Source of the DNA: Vulcanimicrobiota bacterium
GTDB lineage: Bacteria; Vulcanimicrobiota; Vulcanimicrobiia; Vulcanimicrobiales; Vulcanimicrobiaceae
DNA: 64,000 nt
NCBI GenBank assembly: GCA_963733295.1
Contig: CAVTCS010000005.1
Location: 64,001-128,000 of the forward strand
Direction of reading: 5' to 3'
Positions 45,533-55,553 of the stretch are shown in pieces. Position numbers and translations under genes: made by a program. The notes beneath the pieces are model-generated. The model was not told where the DNA came from, searched no databases, and was given only the letters and a program-made list of their open reading frames with translations. Numbering within the stretch: position 1 is the first letter of the stretch; every line of letters begins with the position of its first letter.

Positions 45533-46209
45533 GCGAGCCGCACGCCTTCGCGGGCCGCACCTTCGTCCTCCGCATCGACGAAGGGCCACTAGCCCTGCGC
45601 ACGACGCTCGCCGACGATCTGGCATTTCTGATGGAACGCCACGTGCGGCCGATCATCGTTGCGCCGACGAGCGAGATAGCGCGCGGCTACGTGCGTGCGC
45701 TCAACCGGCAAACGAGCGTCGCGGTCGGCCTTTCAGGCGCCGACGCGGCACTGCTTCCGGCCGCCGGCAGCGACGCGGTGGGGCGCGTCCAAACGCATAT
45801 CTTGCTGACGCTGGCCGAAGCCGGCTACATCCCCGTCATCGAACCGACGGCGCTCGGGATGTTCGGCGACGACGTTGCGCTCGGCGCCGACGAAGTGGCT
45901 TATGCGATCGCGGCCGCGACCGAAGCGGCGCGCGCAATCTTCTTCCACGAATCGGGTGGCGTCATCGATCCCGAGTCGCGCGCGCTCGTCGCCGAGCTCA
46001 CGCCGGCCGAAGCGCTCGCACTCGCCGAACGCCCGGAACTCGCTGCGGATTTGCGCGCGGCGATGCGCGCCGCCGCGCGCGGCGTGCGGGCCGGCGTGGG
46101 TGCCGCGCAGATCATCGACGGACGCGTCTCGCACGCCTCGATCGTCGAGCTCCTCACCGCACAACACCTCGGCACACAAGTCACCGGCACGGTCTACATC
46201 AGCTCCTAG
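45529..46209 (+). CDS. Degenerate acetylglutamate-kinase-like (amino-acid kinase fold) protein
   Basis: AVGLSGAD, GYIPVI, AD.VA.AIA, IIDGRVSH..VELLT...GT match NAGK. The KxGG, HGGG and GGM..K motifs are absent. Confidence 0.75.
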   Translation: MSEPHAFAGRTFVLRIDEGPLALRTTLADDLAFLMERHVRPIIVAPTSEIARGYVRALNRQTSVAVGLSGADAALLPAAGSDAVGRVQTHILLTLAEAGYIPVIEPTALGMFGDDVALGADEVAYAIAAATEAARAIFFHESGGVIDPESRALVAELTPAEALALAERPELAADLRAAMRAAARGVRAGVGAAQIIDGRVSHASIVELLTAQHLGTQVTGTVYISS

Positions 46210-46772
46210 CCTGAAAGTTCGACGAAGCGAAAGCAGCGCGTGAGGTGGTCGTTGACGAGGCCCACGGCCTGCATGAACGAGTAGACGATCGTCGGGCCGA
46301 CGAACCGGAAGCCCCGCGCGCGCAGATCGGCGCTGAGTTTCTCGGCAAGCGGCGTGACGGCGGGAACGTCGGCCGAGGTGCGGCGCCGGCGCACGATCGG
46401 CGCTCCGCCGCTGAACTGCCAGACGTAAGCGTCGAACGATCCCAAGCCGCTCTGAATCTGCAAGAACGCTCGCGCGTTGCCGATCGCCGCGGCGATCTTG
46501 GCCTTGTTGCGAACGATGCCGGCATCCGCCAGCAGCGCCGCGGTCTTCCGCGCGCCGTATCCGGCGATGCGCTCGGGATCGAAGCCGTCGAAAGCGCGCC
46601 GGTATGCCTCGCGCTTGCGCAAGATCGTCTCCCAGCTTAGCCCCGCTTGCGCGCCTTCGAGGATCAGGAATTCGAAGAGCCGGCGATCGTCGTGCACGGG
46701 AACGCCCCATTCGCGATCGTGATACTCGATCATCGCGTCGCTCTTCGCCCAACTGCAGCGCACTACGGGCAC
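46206..46772 (-). CDS. tag: DNA-3-methyladenine glycosylase I
   Basis: RCSW, YHDREWG, LEGAQAGLSW, IVRNKAKI, GFRFVGPT..YSFMQAVGLVNDH...C. Start is GTG 46772 or 46763. Confidence 0.95.
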   Translation of the reverse strand: MPVVRCSWAKSDAMIEYHDREWGVPVHDDRRLFEFLILEGAQAGLSWETILRKREAYRRAFDGFDPERIAGYGARKTAALLADAGIVRNKAKIAAAIGNARAFLQIQSGLGSFDAYVWQFSGGAPIVRRRRTSADVPAVTPLAEKLSADLRARGFRFVGPTIVYSFMQAVGLVNDHLTRCFRFVELSG

Positions 46773-48028
46773 GGATCGGGTCTCCCGGTGATCGCCGCAG
46801 CGCGCGCGCCGAGTGGATCGAAATCGTAGAAATAAAAGCGGGTGATGGCGCGGGGACATACCGGCAAGAAGCGCTCCTCGGAGAAGCGCACGTCGTGCCG
46901 GATCGCCTCGGCGGGAACGTTCGTCAAGGCGAGCGCGGCGGAGTCGGCTTGTCGTTCGATGTGCCGGCTGTAACCGTTGTAGATCGGATACGCGAAGAGC
47001 GCCGCAACGCACGCCAGTGAGAACACGAGCGCGAGTCGGGCCAGCGGATCGTCGTCGCGCCGGAAACCGATCCGGTCAGAAATGACGACGCCGAGCGCGA
47101 TGCACGCGATGAAGAGCAGCGTACCGAGGAGAGCCTTGCGTACCTCGGCCAGATTCCGCATCTTCACGAGCTCGCGCACGAGCGCGTAACGCGCTTCAGC
47201 CTGCGTCGAGCTCGCCAGCAACGAGTGCGTCACGATTACCCGGGCGCTCGGGCCGACGCCGGCGACCGCGGCGTTGCCGACGGCGGTCCGCCGCGAGGCG
47301 TCGACCACGACCACCTTTACGCCGGCCAAACCGAGTTCGCGGGCCGGCGCCTCGAGCGAGGCCGCGAGCGCCGGCGACACCGCTGCGAGCGGCCGCACCG
47401 ACAGCGACCCGTAGAGCGCCGAAACCCCGAGCGGTTCGACGAGGCTGAAGGCGACCGATGCAACGAAGAGCCCGAGCACCGAATAGATCCACCACTGCCG
47501 CGTCAGATCCACGAGCGTCAGGACGCACGCGACGACCAGACCGACGGCGAGCGCGTCGATCGTCAGGCGCGCGACGCCGTCGCGCAACCACAAGGCGAAC
47601 GGTTCGCTCAGCTGGTCGAAGACGTAGGCGACGCGGTATTGCGCGAGCGCGGCCGGCAGCGTCGCGAGCGCCCCGTAGAGGGCCAGCGCCGCGCCGTAAA
47701 CCAGTCGCAGCGCGAACGGCGAACGGAGGCGGCGGCGCAGTGCGTCGCGTAGACGCGCCGCGTTGCCGGAGCTCCAAAGGTAGAAGTATGCGAAGATCGC
47801 CGAAAGCGCCCAAATCGCGAACAGCGGCCGGCGGTAAAGGCCATACGTTTTCGAGATGATTGCGCGGGGCTTGTCGACCAAAGCATTCGGATCGGCCGAC
47901 AACAGACGCTGCGCCGGTATGGCGGTCACGCGGTGGTCGATGTAATTCATCGCACCCTCCGCATGCGCCGCGCGCGCGCAGAGTAGCACGAGCCCGAGGG
48001 CAAACAGTGCGAGACGCGTTCTTTTCAG
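46763..48028 (-). CDS. M48 (Ste24/HtpX-like) membrane peptidase homolog lacking HExxH
   Basis: Multi-TM N-domain, DASRRT..GNA.V.G.G...RVIV..SLL, SRHIERQAD. The expected HELGH reads RELVK. Probable CTG start overlapping the thyX stop. Confidence 0.75.
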   Translation of the reverse strand: MKRTRLALFALGLVLLCARAAHAEGAMNYIDHRVTAIPAQRLLSADPNALVDKPRAIISKTYGLYRRPLFAIWALSAIFAYFYLWSSGNAARLRDALRRRLRSPFALRLVYGAALALYGALATLPAALAQYRVAYVFDQLSEPFALWLRDGVARLTIDALAVGLVVACVLTLVDLTRQWWIYSVLGLFVASVAFSLVEPLGVSALYGSLSVRPLAAVSPALAASLEAPARELGLAGVKVVVVDASRRTAVGNAAVAGVGPSARVIVTHSLLASSTQAEARYALVRELVKMRNLAEVRKALLGTLLFIACIALGVVISDRIGFRRDDDPLARLALVFSLACVAALFAYPIYNGYSRHIERQADSAALALTNVPAEAIRHDVRFSEERFLPVCPRAITRFYFYDFDPLGARAAAITGRPDPCP

Positions 48029-48738
48029 CCGGTAGCTACCAACTTTCGCGCGGCCGGCTTCGCGACCGCCACGTAGCGCGGGCAGTCGGGCCCGTTTGGT
48101 TCGTTGCAGTAACCGCGCACGCAGGTCGCGCCCGCCCGCACGAACAGGACCGGCGCGACCTTCTTGACGAGCCGCAGCATCGCGAAGGCCAGCTCGCGGA
48201 TTTCCCACTGCGCGTTATTGCACGTGCGCAGCGTGAAGAAATCGAGCAGCGCGCGCGCGTTTGCGGTGATGACGATTTGCGTTTCCGCGGCGTTGGGCAG
48301 TGCGAACCGGGCGTCTTCGGGCGGGGTGCCGGCGACCAGTGCCGCCTCGTAGAACTCCGCGATCTGCCCCATGAGCGCGTCGTACTTCGCATTGATCTCG
48401 GGACGCGCGGCGATCGAGGGCGGCGTGACGAACTCGAACTGCCCCTTGACCTTGATGTAGCGCTGGCTCTTTTGTTCGTATGACATGTGCCGGTGACGAA
48501 CGAGCTGGTGGGTGAGTGCGCGCGAAACCCCCGAAACGCCGAACGTGAACATCGTGTGCTCGAAGGTCGACAAGTGCCCCGCATCGCGCACGCGCGTCAC
48601 CATCTTGGCGACCTCTTCGCTGTTCCAGTTTTCATCGATCGCTTCGATGTCGCGCGGGCTGTAACAGTTGCGCGCCGCCGTTGCGACCGCGCGTTCGGGA
48701 TCGGGACTATACGAGAGCAGGATGACTCTGAGCGCCAT
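48025..48738 (-). CDS. thyX: FAD-dependent thymidylate synthase
   Basis: GHLSTFEH, SRALTHQLVRHRHMSYEQKSQRY (RHRx7S), EDARFALP, AQWEIR. Confidence 0.95.
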   Translation of the reverse strand: MALRVILLSYSPDPERAVATAARNCYSPRDIEAIDENWNSEEVAKMVTRVRDAGHLSTFEHTMFTFGVSGVSRALTHQLVRHRHMSYEQKSQRYIKVKGQFEFVTPPSIAARPEINAKYDALMGQIAEFYEAALVAGTPPEDARFALPNAAETQIVITANARALLDFFTLRTCNNAQWEIRELAFAMLRLVKKVAPVLFVRAGATCVRGYCNEPNGPDCPRYVAVAKPAARKLVATG

Positions 48739-48805
48739 CCGCAATGGTTCGCCGCAAGCGAGCCGAGGCCCGCTGGGCGCAAGGGCAGCCGACGTGGAAG
48801 CTTGG

Positions 48806-50131
48806 CTAAATTTGCGCGGGTTGAGGCGTTCCTAAAGGCGCGGCGATCGCGCCTTCGGCTGCGAGCGTCCGTTCGCGCAGCGGTTTGAGCACGAGGAGCG
48901 CCGCCACGGCGACGATGACGTTGAATCCCGCGAGCACTGCGAGCACGGTGGTCCAGTTTCCCGTCGAGGCATGAATCGCGCTCGCCAACGGCACGACGAA
49001 CGACGCCGTTCCTTTCGCCGTATACAAGAACCCTGCGTTGGTCGTGGCGTATTTCGTCCCGAACAGATCGGTGCACGCGGCCGGGAAAAGGCTGTAAATC
49101 TCACCCGACGCGACGAACGTCATCCCCGCGAACACGATGAAGAGCGCCGGGTTCGAAGCGAAGGCCGCGAGTCCGAGCAGCCCGGCCGCCTCGATTAAAA
49201 ACGCGCCGAACATCGTGCGCTCTCGTCCGATGAAATCGGAGATGTAGCCGAAGACGATGCGGCTCCCGCCGTTGAGCACGTTATCGACGATCAGCGCGAG
49301 CTCGAGCACGACGAAGGCGCCCCCGAAGAACCCGATCGGCAACTTGGCGACGCCGTAGTCGGTGGCCATCGGCGCAAGCTGTGCGGTCATAAAGAGCAGC
49401 CCGGTCGCGATGAGCACGAACATCATGTAGAGCAAATAGAAGGCGGGGGTCGACAGCATTTGCAGCGGGGTGCGATCGAAACGCGTCTGCCCGACCGCTC
49501 GGGGCGGCTTCGCGCCTTCCGGCGCGCGGTTGATGACGTTCTGCATGAAGAGCGCGGCGATGAGGACCACGATGCCCTGAGTGAGACCGAAGGTTTGGAA
49601 GGCCGCCGCGTATCCGTCGGCCTTGATCATGTGCGAAATCGGGATAACCGTCAGCGCAGCGCCTCCGCCGAAGCCGGCGGCGGTCAGGCCGGCCGCCATG
49701 CCGCGCCGGTCGGGGAAGTTCTTCACCGCCGCACCGATCATCGTGCCGTAGACGATCCCCGCGCCGATGCCGCCCATGACCGCGCCGAAGTAGAGCATCG
49801 GTAAGGTTTCGGCCCGCGAGTACGTCAGCCACGACGCGGCAACCAGCACGCCTGCCATCGCGACGAAGAGCCGCGGTCCGTAACGGTCGACGAGATAACC
49901 CGTCACCGGAACGAGCCAGACTTGGAACAGCACGAACAGCGTGAAGGTAAACTGAACTTGCGTCTTCGTCCAGCCGTGCGCGATCGAAAGCGGGTTGACG
50001 AAGAGCGTCCACCCGTACTGCAGATTCGCCACCATGATCATCGCGAGGATGCCTAGGCTCAGTTGGAACCAGCGATTGTTCAAGCGAGCTCCTTCCGGCG
50101 AGCCGGTCGCGATCGAAACGTTCTCCACCAT
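48806..50131 (-). CDS. oxlT: Oxalate/formate antiporter family MFS transporter
   Basis: [68 protein letters not shown]. Confidence 0.9.
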   Translation of the reverse strand: MVENVSIATGSPEGARLNNRWFQLSLGILAMIMVANLQYGWTLFVNPLSIAHGWTKTQVQFTFTLFVLFQVWLVPVTGYLVDRYGPRLFVAMAGVLVAASWLTYSRAETLPMLYFGAVMGGIGAGIVYGTMIGAAVKNFPDRRGMAAGLTAAGFGGGAALTVIPISHMIKADGYAAAFQTFGLTQGIVVLIAALFMQNVINRAPEGAKPPRAVGQTRFDRTPLQMLSTPAFYLLYMMFVLIATGLLFMTAQLAPMATDYGVAKLPIGFFGGAFVVLELALIVDNVLNGGSRIVFGYISDFIGRERTMFGAFLIEAAGLLGLAAFASNPALFIVFAGMTFVASGEIYSLFPAACTDLFGTKYATTNAGFLYTAKGTASFVVPLASAIHASTGNWTTVLAVLAGFNVIVAVAALLVLKPLRERTLAAEGAIAAPLGTPQPAQI

Positions 50132-50233
50132 TGTATCGGTAGGTGCCCGCGAACCTGCCGCCCGTCCGGCAGCGCGCAAAGCTTTTCGCATCGCGTAAAA
50201 GGGGGGCATCCGCACACCCCTAAAGCTCGGGAG

Positions 50234-51490
50234 ATGCTTACCGAAAAAGGAAAGAATAGCGCTCGCGCCTTGACGGGCGTCAAAGTCCTCGACATGACGC
50301 ACGTTCAAGCCGGCCCTTCGTGTACGCAGATCTTGGCTTGGCTGGGTGCCGACGTCGTGAAAGTCGAGTTGCCCGGACGCGGCGATATCACGCGCCAGCA
50401 GTTGCGCGATCTGCCCGGCGTCGACAGTCTCTACTTCACCATGCTCAACTGCAACAAGCGCAGCGTCACGCTTAATACGAAGCTTCCCGAGGGGCGCGAG
50501 CTTTTTGGGGCGCTGCTGCGCGAGTCCGACGTGCTGGTCGAGAACTTTGGGCCCGGCGTACTCGACCGTCAGGGCTATCCGTGGGAAACGATACGCGAGA
50601 TCAATCCGCGCCTGATCTACGCTTCGATCAAAGGCTTCGGTCCCGGGCGTTACGAGGATGCCAAAGCGTACGAACCGGTTGCACAGGCGATGGGCGGCTC
50701 GATGAGCACGACCGGCTGGCCGGACGGGCGTCCGACGGTAACGGGAGCGCAGATCGGCGATTCGGGAACCGGCATCCACACGGTCGCGGCGATATTGGCG
50801 GCGTTGTATCAGCGCGACATGCATACCGGTCGCGGTCAGCGCGTCGTGTGCACGATGCAAGATTCGGTCCTGAACCTGTGTCGCGTCAAGATGCGCGATC
50901 AGCAGCGCTTGCAACACGGCACGCTCAGCGAGTACCCGAACAAGGCCTTCGACGGCGTCGTCCCGCGCTCGGGGAACGCATCGGGCGGCGGACAACCCGG
51001 CGCGGCGCTGCGCTGCAGCCCCGGCGGCGAGAACGACTACATCTACATGGTCATCCAGCCGCACGTCTGGGCGCCGCTCGCGGCGTTGATCGAACGTCCC
51101 GAACTCGCGGAGGACCCACGCTTCGCGACGCCCGCCGCGCGACTCCCCATCCTCGACGAAGTTTGGGAAGTCATCGAAGCCTGGACCAGCCGCCACTCGA
51201 AAGCCGAAGTGCTCGAGAAGTGCAACGCGATCGACGTGCCGTGCGGCCCGATCTTGAGCATGAAGGAGTTGCTCGAAGATCCCGACCTGCGCGAACGCGG
51301 CATGATCGTCGCGGTCGAACACCCGGAGCGCGGCACGTTCTACACGGTCGGCTGTCCGTTGCAGCTTTCCGATTCGCCGGTCGAAGTGCGGCGCTCGCCT
51401 TTGCTCGGCGAGCACAACGCCGAGGTGTTCGGCAAGCTGGGATACGATGAGGCCAAGCTCGCGCAGTTGCGCGATGCGGGCGTCATTTGA
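50234..51490 (+). CDS. frc: Formyl-CoA transferase
   Basis: [66 protein letters not shown] glycine loop. Confidence 0.93.
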   Translation: MLTEKGKNSARALTGVKVLDMTHVQAGPSCTQILAWLGADVVKVELPGRGDITRQQLRDLPGVDSLYFTMLNCNKRSVTLNTKLPEGRELFGALLRESDVLVENFGPGVLDRQGYPWETIREINPRLIYASIKGFGPGRYEDAKAYEPVAQAMGGSMSTTGWPDGRPTVTGAQIGDSGTGIHTVAAILAALYQRDMHTGRGQRVVCTMQDSVLNLCRVKMRDQQRLQHGTLSEYPNKAFDGVVPRSGNASGGGQPGAALRCSPGGENDYIYMVIQPHVWAPLAALIERPELAEDPRFATPAARLPILDEVWEVIEAWTSRHSKAEVLEKCNAIDVPCGPILSMKELLEDPDLRERGMIVAVEHPERGTFYTVGCPLQLSDSPVEVRRSPLLGEHNAEVFGKLGYDEAKLAQLRDAGVI

Positions 51491-52482
51491 GCGAAGCGCC
51501 TCCCAGCCCCAAACGATACGCGGTCGTCGGCGCCGGTGCGATCGGCGGCTACGTCGGAGCGGCTCTTTCGCACGCCGGTCACGACGTGACGCTTTTCGCG
51601 CGCGGGGAGCATCTGCGCGCGATGCAGACGGACGGGGTGCGCGTGAAGAGCCCGCGCGGCGACTTCAGCGCCCGCCCTAACGCCACCGGCGATCTTGCGT
51701 CCATCGGTCCCGTCGACGTCGTGCTGCTGACGCTCAAGGCGCATCAGCTCGACGCGGTCATAGCTGAGCTGCCCACGCTCTATAAAGCGCAGACGCCGGT
51801 CGTGGCACTTCAAAACGGTATCCCTTGGTGGTATTTCCAGCGTCACGGCGGCCCGTTCGACGGACTGCAGCTCGAGAGCGTCGACCCGGGCGGCAAACTC
51901 GCCGCGGCGATCCCCGCCGAACGCGTCATCGGCTGCGTCATCTATTGTTCGACGGAAATCGTTTCGCCCGGGGTGATCCGCCATCTCGAGGGGACGCGCT
52001 ACTCGCTCGGGGAGCCCGACCGCAGCATCAGCGCGCGAGCGCAGAGCATCGCGGCCGACTTCACCGCCGCCGGCCTCAAGTCACCGGTCGAGGCCGACCT
52101 GCGGCGCGACATCTGGCTCAAGCTGCTCGGCAACGCGGCGTTCAACCCGATCAGCGCGCTGACGCGCGCCACGCTCGCCGACATGACGAACGATCCGCTG
52201 ATCGAGCCGCTCGTGCGCGAGATGATGGAAGAGTCGGTCGCGCTGGCAGCCAAGCTGGACATCACCTTCGACGTCACGATCGAAAAGCGCATCGACGGCG
52301 CGCGGCGCGTTGGAGCGCACAAGACCTCGATGCTGCAAGATCTCGACGCGGGCAAAGCGCTCGAGCTCGACGCCTTGACCGGAGCGGTCGTCGAACTCGG
52401 CGAGAAGCTCGGCGTGGCGACTCCCGCGACGCGACACGTCTACGCCCTCGCGAAGCTACTCGACCGGCAGAGGTCGTCCTAA
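51487..52482 (+). CDS. panE: 2-dehydropantoate 2-reductase family protein (possible oxalyl-CoA reductase, PanE2-like)
   Basis: [42 protein letters not shown]. Coupled to frc. Confidence 0.85.
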   Translation: MSEAPPSPKRYAVVGAGAIGGYVGAALSHAGHDVTLFARGEHLRAMQTDGVRVKSPRGDFSARPNATGDLASIGPVDVVLLTLKAHQLDAVIAELPTLYKAQTPVVALQNGIPWWYFQRHGGPFDGLQLESVDPGGKLAAAIPAERVIGCVIYCSTEIVSPGVIRHLEGTRYSLGEPDRSISARAQSIAADFTAAGLKSPVEADLRRDIWLKLLGNAAFNPISALTRATLADMTNDPLIEPLVREMMEESVALAAKLDITFDVTIEKRIDGARRVGAHKTSMLQDLDAGKALELDALTGAVVELGEKLGVATPATRHVYALAKLLDRQRSS

Positions 52483-55379
52483 CTCAGCCTCGCCACCCGC
52501 GTCCGACGTCGGCTGCCGTTCCGCGTCGTCCACTGGATCAACGCTAATACGAACGCTGCGGCGTTGGCGAGCGGCGCTCTCCCGCGCGCGAGCTACAAAC
52601 TCAAAGGTCTGAACTGCAGCAGCGAGCATCCCGCCATACGGATCTCCGGGCGGTAGCCGCACGAGGTGGCCATGGGAGTACGTAAACAGCGTGCCGTCGC
52701 CCCATTGTCCGCCGGCGATGAAGCGGTGCCCCATATGCGACGCAAACTCGAGCACGACAAACCCGTAATGGGGACCGATCTCTTTCACCGTCACAACGCC
52801 ACCGCCGATAACGGCCCAATCTCGCCGGCGGTCCTCCCCACGTGACGCTGCCGCCAACGTTCACTAACACGGTTTCGCCGTCGTCGCTGCGCGCGATCAC
52901 CGCAGCCGCCTGCGGGAGCCCCTGATCCCAACGTTGCGCATCGCTTTGAATCCGAAACTCAAAACTGTACGGTCCAATCTCGGCGCGCACCGGCAAATCC
53001 GGATTTCCCGCCTGCGTGAGCGGCCCGAGCGTCACGAAACCGGAGGTTACGGGATCGCCGATCGACCCTTCCGGCTGCGCGATCTGACCCGGATCCAGCC
53101 ATCCCAATGTCACCAGAGTGTCCGACGATGCGCGAGGCCCAGCCGGCCCGTAGGTCGGGTGAGCCCCAAATTCCCCGGCATACACGCCGGCCCCCATGAT
53201 GTCGTACGGATCCGACGAGAACGGCGCAAGCCCCAGCGTTTGCCCGATCGCCGAAGCCAACGTCGCGTGCGTGAGATGATTGCTTCCCAACTCGATCACT
53301 CCGTAGGTCAGGTTGCCGGCGGAGATCCCGGTACTCTTCTCCGTTCCGCAATCGGGCATAAAGTCGGTCGCATTTCCCGATCGCAGAACCATCTCACCCA
53401 CGGTTACCGACGGCAGCGGGCGTATTGCGCACCACGATAAATCCGGTAAAGTTCCGCCAATCGAAATACACCGGCGTATCGTTCGTATTGGTCGGATTCT
53501 TCAGGCTCAAAACGGCTGCAATCGTACGGGTAACGCGATCGGTGAACAGTCTTGCTTGATCCACAGCGGATGGATCGGCAAGCCGGATCCACCCGTCGTT
53601 CTGGTTCGGATCGAACGCGATATCGCCGCCCGCGACGAAGAATTTGCCACCCGCCATCTCATTCCAAAACTGCTGGACGCCTTCCGGGCCGCTCAACAGC
53701 GCCAACGCATCGGGCATTTTTGACGGATCCGTGCCGTCCGGGTACACGGTGCGTAGGATCAGCCAGCGCTGAAAACGATTGACGATCGATTCGCCGGTGT
53801 TGGTGACGCGTAGCGTCGCCGAAGGCGGCTCGCCTGTCATCGTCTCGACCTCGATGCGCACGCCGCCCAACCCGTGCCGGTCTTCGAACCATTCACCCGC
53901 CTCCAAGTGCGGGCGCCCGGTGGGCATCATCAATCGCGTCGGTAGCATCGGCGTCATGTCGTAGACCGCGATGCCCGCCGACAAGCCGTCGGCCGCGAGC
54001 GATTGACGATTCGGCCCGTCGCCGTCCTGAAGGTTCTTATCCCACGACTTGAGATCTCGCATCTCGATGAGACACCGTCCCGCGAGGATGCCGGAAACTC
54101 CGGGGACGGTCGTATCGTGAGGAGGGCGAATCGTGTACACGGTTCCCTCGGCCGTGATCGGCGCGGTGACCACGCTCGAAAGATCGGCCAGTCCTCCGGC
54201 CGTGACCAGGTGATGCAACGCCAGCCCGGGCCCGGATTGTCCGAGCGTCGCGTCGACGTCGGTGGGCGCCGGCGTCACCGAGTCGCAGTTCATCGCGCTC
54301 ATGATGGTCCACCGATCGCCGTACGCTGACGGAAGACAATCGTCGGCGAGGTCGAGGCTCTGCACGCGCCAGCCCAAACCATGTTGAAAACCATACGCGT
54401 GCCCCATCTCGTGGGCCAGAAACGTCCGATCGTACGCCGCACGGTCGAGCCGCGGAAACGTCAGCTCGGTCGCGTCGAGGACGTGATTCACTTTCGTCGC
54501 CGGACAGATGAGATTCGTCGCCGGCGAGATCACGGTCGTGCTGCCGGTCACGGTTTTCGTGCCGTGCGTAACGATTCCGCAATTCGTACAGCGATACAGG
54601 TTGCGCCCGTCACCGCCGTTTAGCGGATCGGCCCACAGCATCGCGTAGTAGGGCGAACCGGCTGCGGCGGCATGCCGCGCACCAGCCGCGCACGTCACGC
54701 TCCCGGTTTCCATCGACCCGTCGAACAAGCATCCGCACTTCCAGCACGCCGCAAACCCGCCGAGTGTCCCGGCGACAAGCGCATCCGTGCACACACCGAA
54801 GACGGGGATCGTTCCATCAGGATAGGCACCGGGCCGCGTGTGGCCGGCACCAGCGCTGGTGTTGGTGCAGGGCAGGTCGAAGCCAAGCGGTGCGATCATC
54901 GACGTGCAATTTTGGCACTGCTGCCAGCCCGATTCGGCCCAGTCGAGTCCCGACGTCGCGCCGTCGAGCCCATACGCCACGTCCGCCCCGGAAAACCCGC
55001 CGTTTACGGAAAAATTATAGACCGCAATCACGCCGCGGAAATCGGCGAGTATTTCCGGAGTGTTGTGATTCACCAATATTTGGCGAGCCTGTGCAACGAC
55101 GGTCGGCCGTGGCACCGACGCAGTGACACCGGGATGAATCGGCGTCAGGAATTCGGGGGGCGATGTATGTATTGCCCACCCGCACGGATACCACCCGAAA
55201 ACCTTCGAAGCCGTAAGATCGACAGCGCCGTACGTCTGATCGCGCCAAAACGTCGACAAGCTTCGCGGGTTGCTTACGAAGAGGTCGTACATACTCGTGA
55301 CGATCTTGGGATCGGGATGCGACCCTTCGAGTTGGCAGAGCACGATTGCCCAAGGTAGGGTCGGGTTAGTAATCGCCAC
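52456..55379 (-). pseudogene. Large tandem-domain zinc metalloprotease (M6/M11-like), split by two +1 frameshifts into ORFs 53394..55379, 52601..53401 and 52456..52857
   Basis: AGGAG RBS before GTG 55379. PWAIVLC...FWRDQTYG.VDL...VFGWY, AHEMGHAYGFQH, YGDRWTIMS. A second homologous domain continues across the frame changes. Confidence 0.65.
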
Positions 55380-55553
55380 AGCAGCTCCTATCGCGGCACT
55401 CGGATCCTCGCATCTGCGCGATGCTCGCCGTCCGATACCCGCCAGGCTAACAATACGCCGCAATCCGGCAAAAGCGCCTGCGTTCTAAAATCCTTTCCGC
55501 ACGAAATGCTCGAACGCCGGCGCGCGCTGGCTACGAAAAAGCTCCCTCGCGCT

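Noticed and set aside
50132..51415. 869-aa ORF suggesting OxlT fused to a long N-terminal domain
   Set aside because: The extension is the antisense shadow of frc. The transporter starts at ATG 50131.
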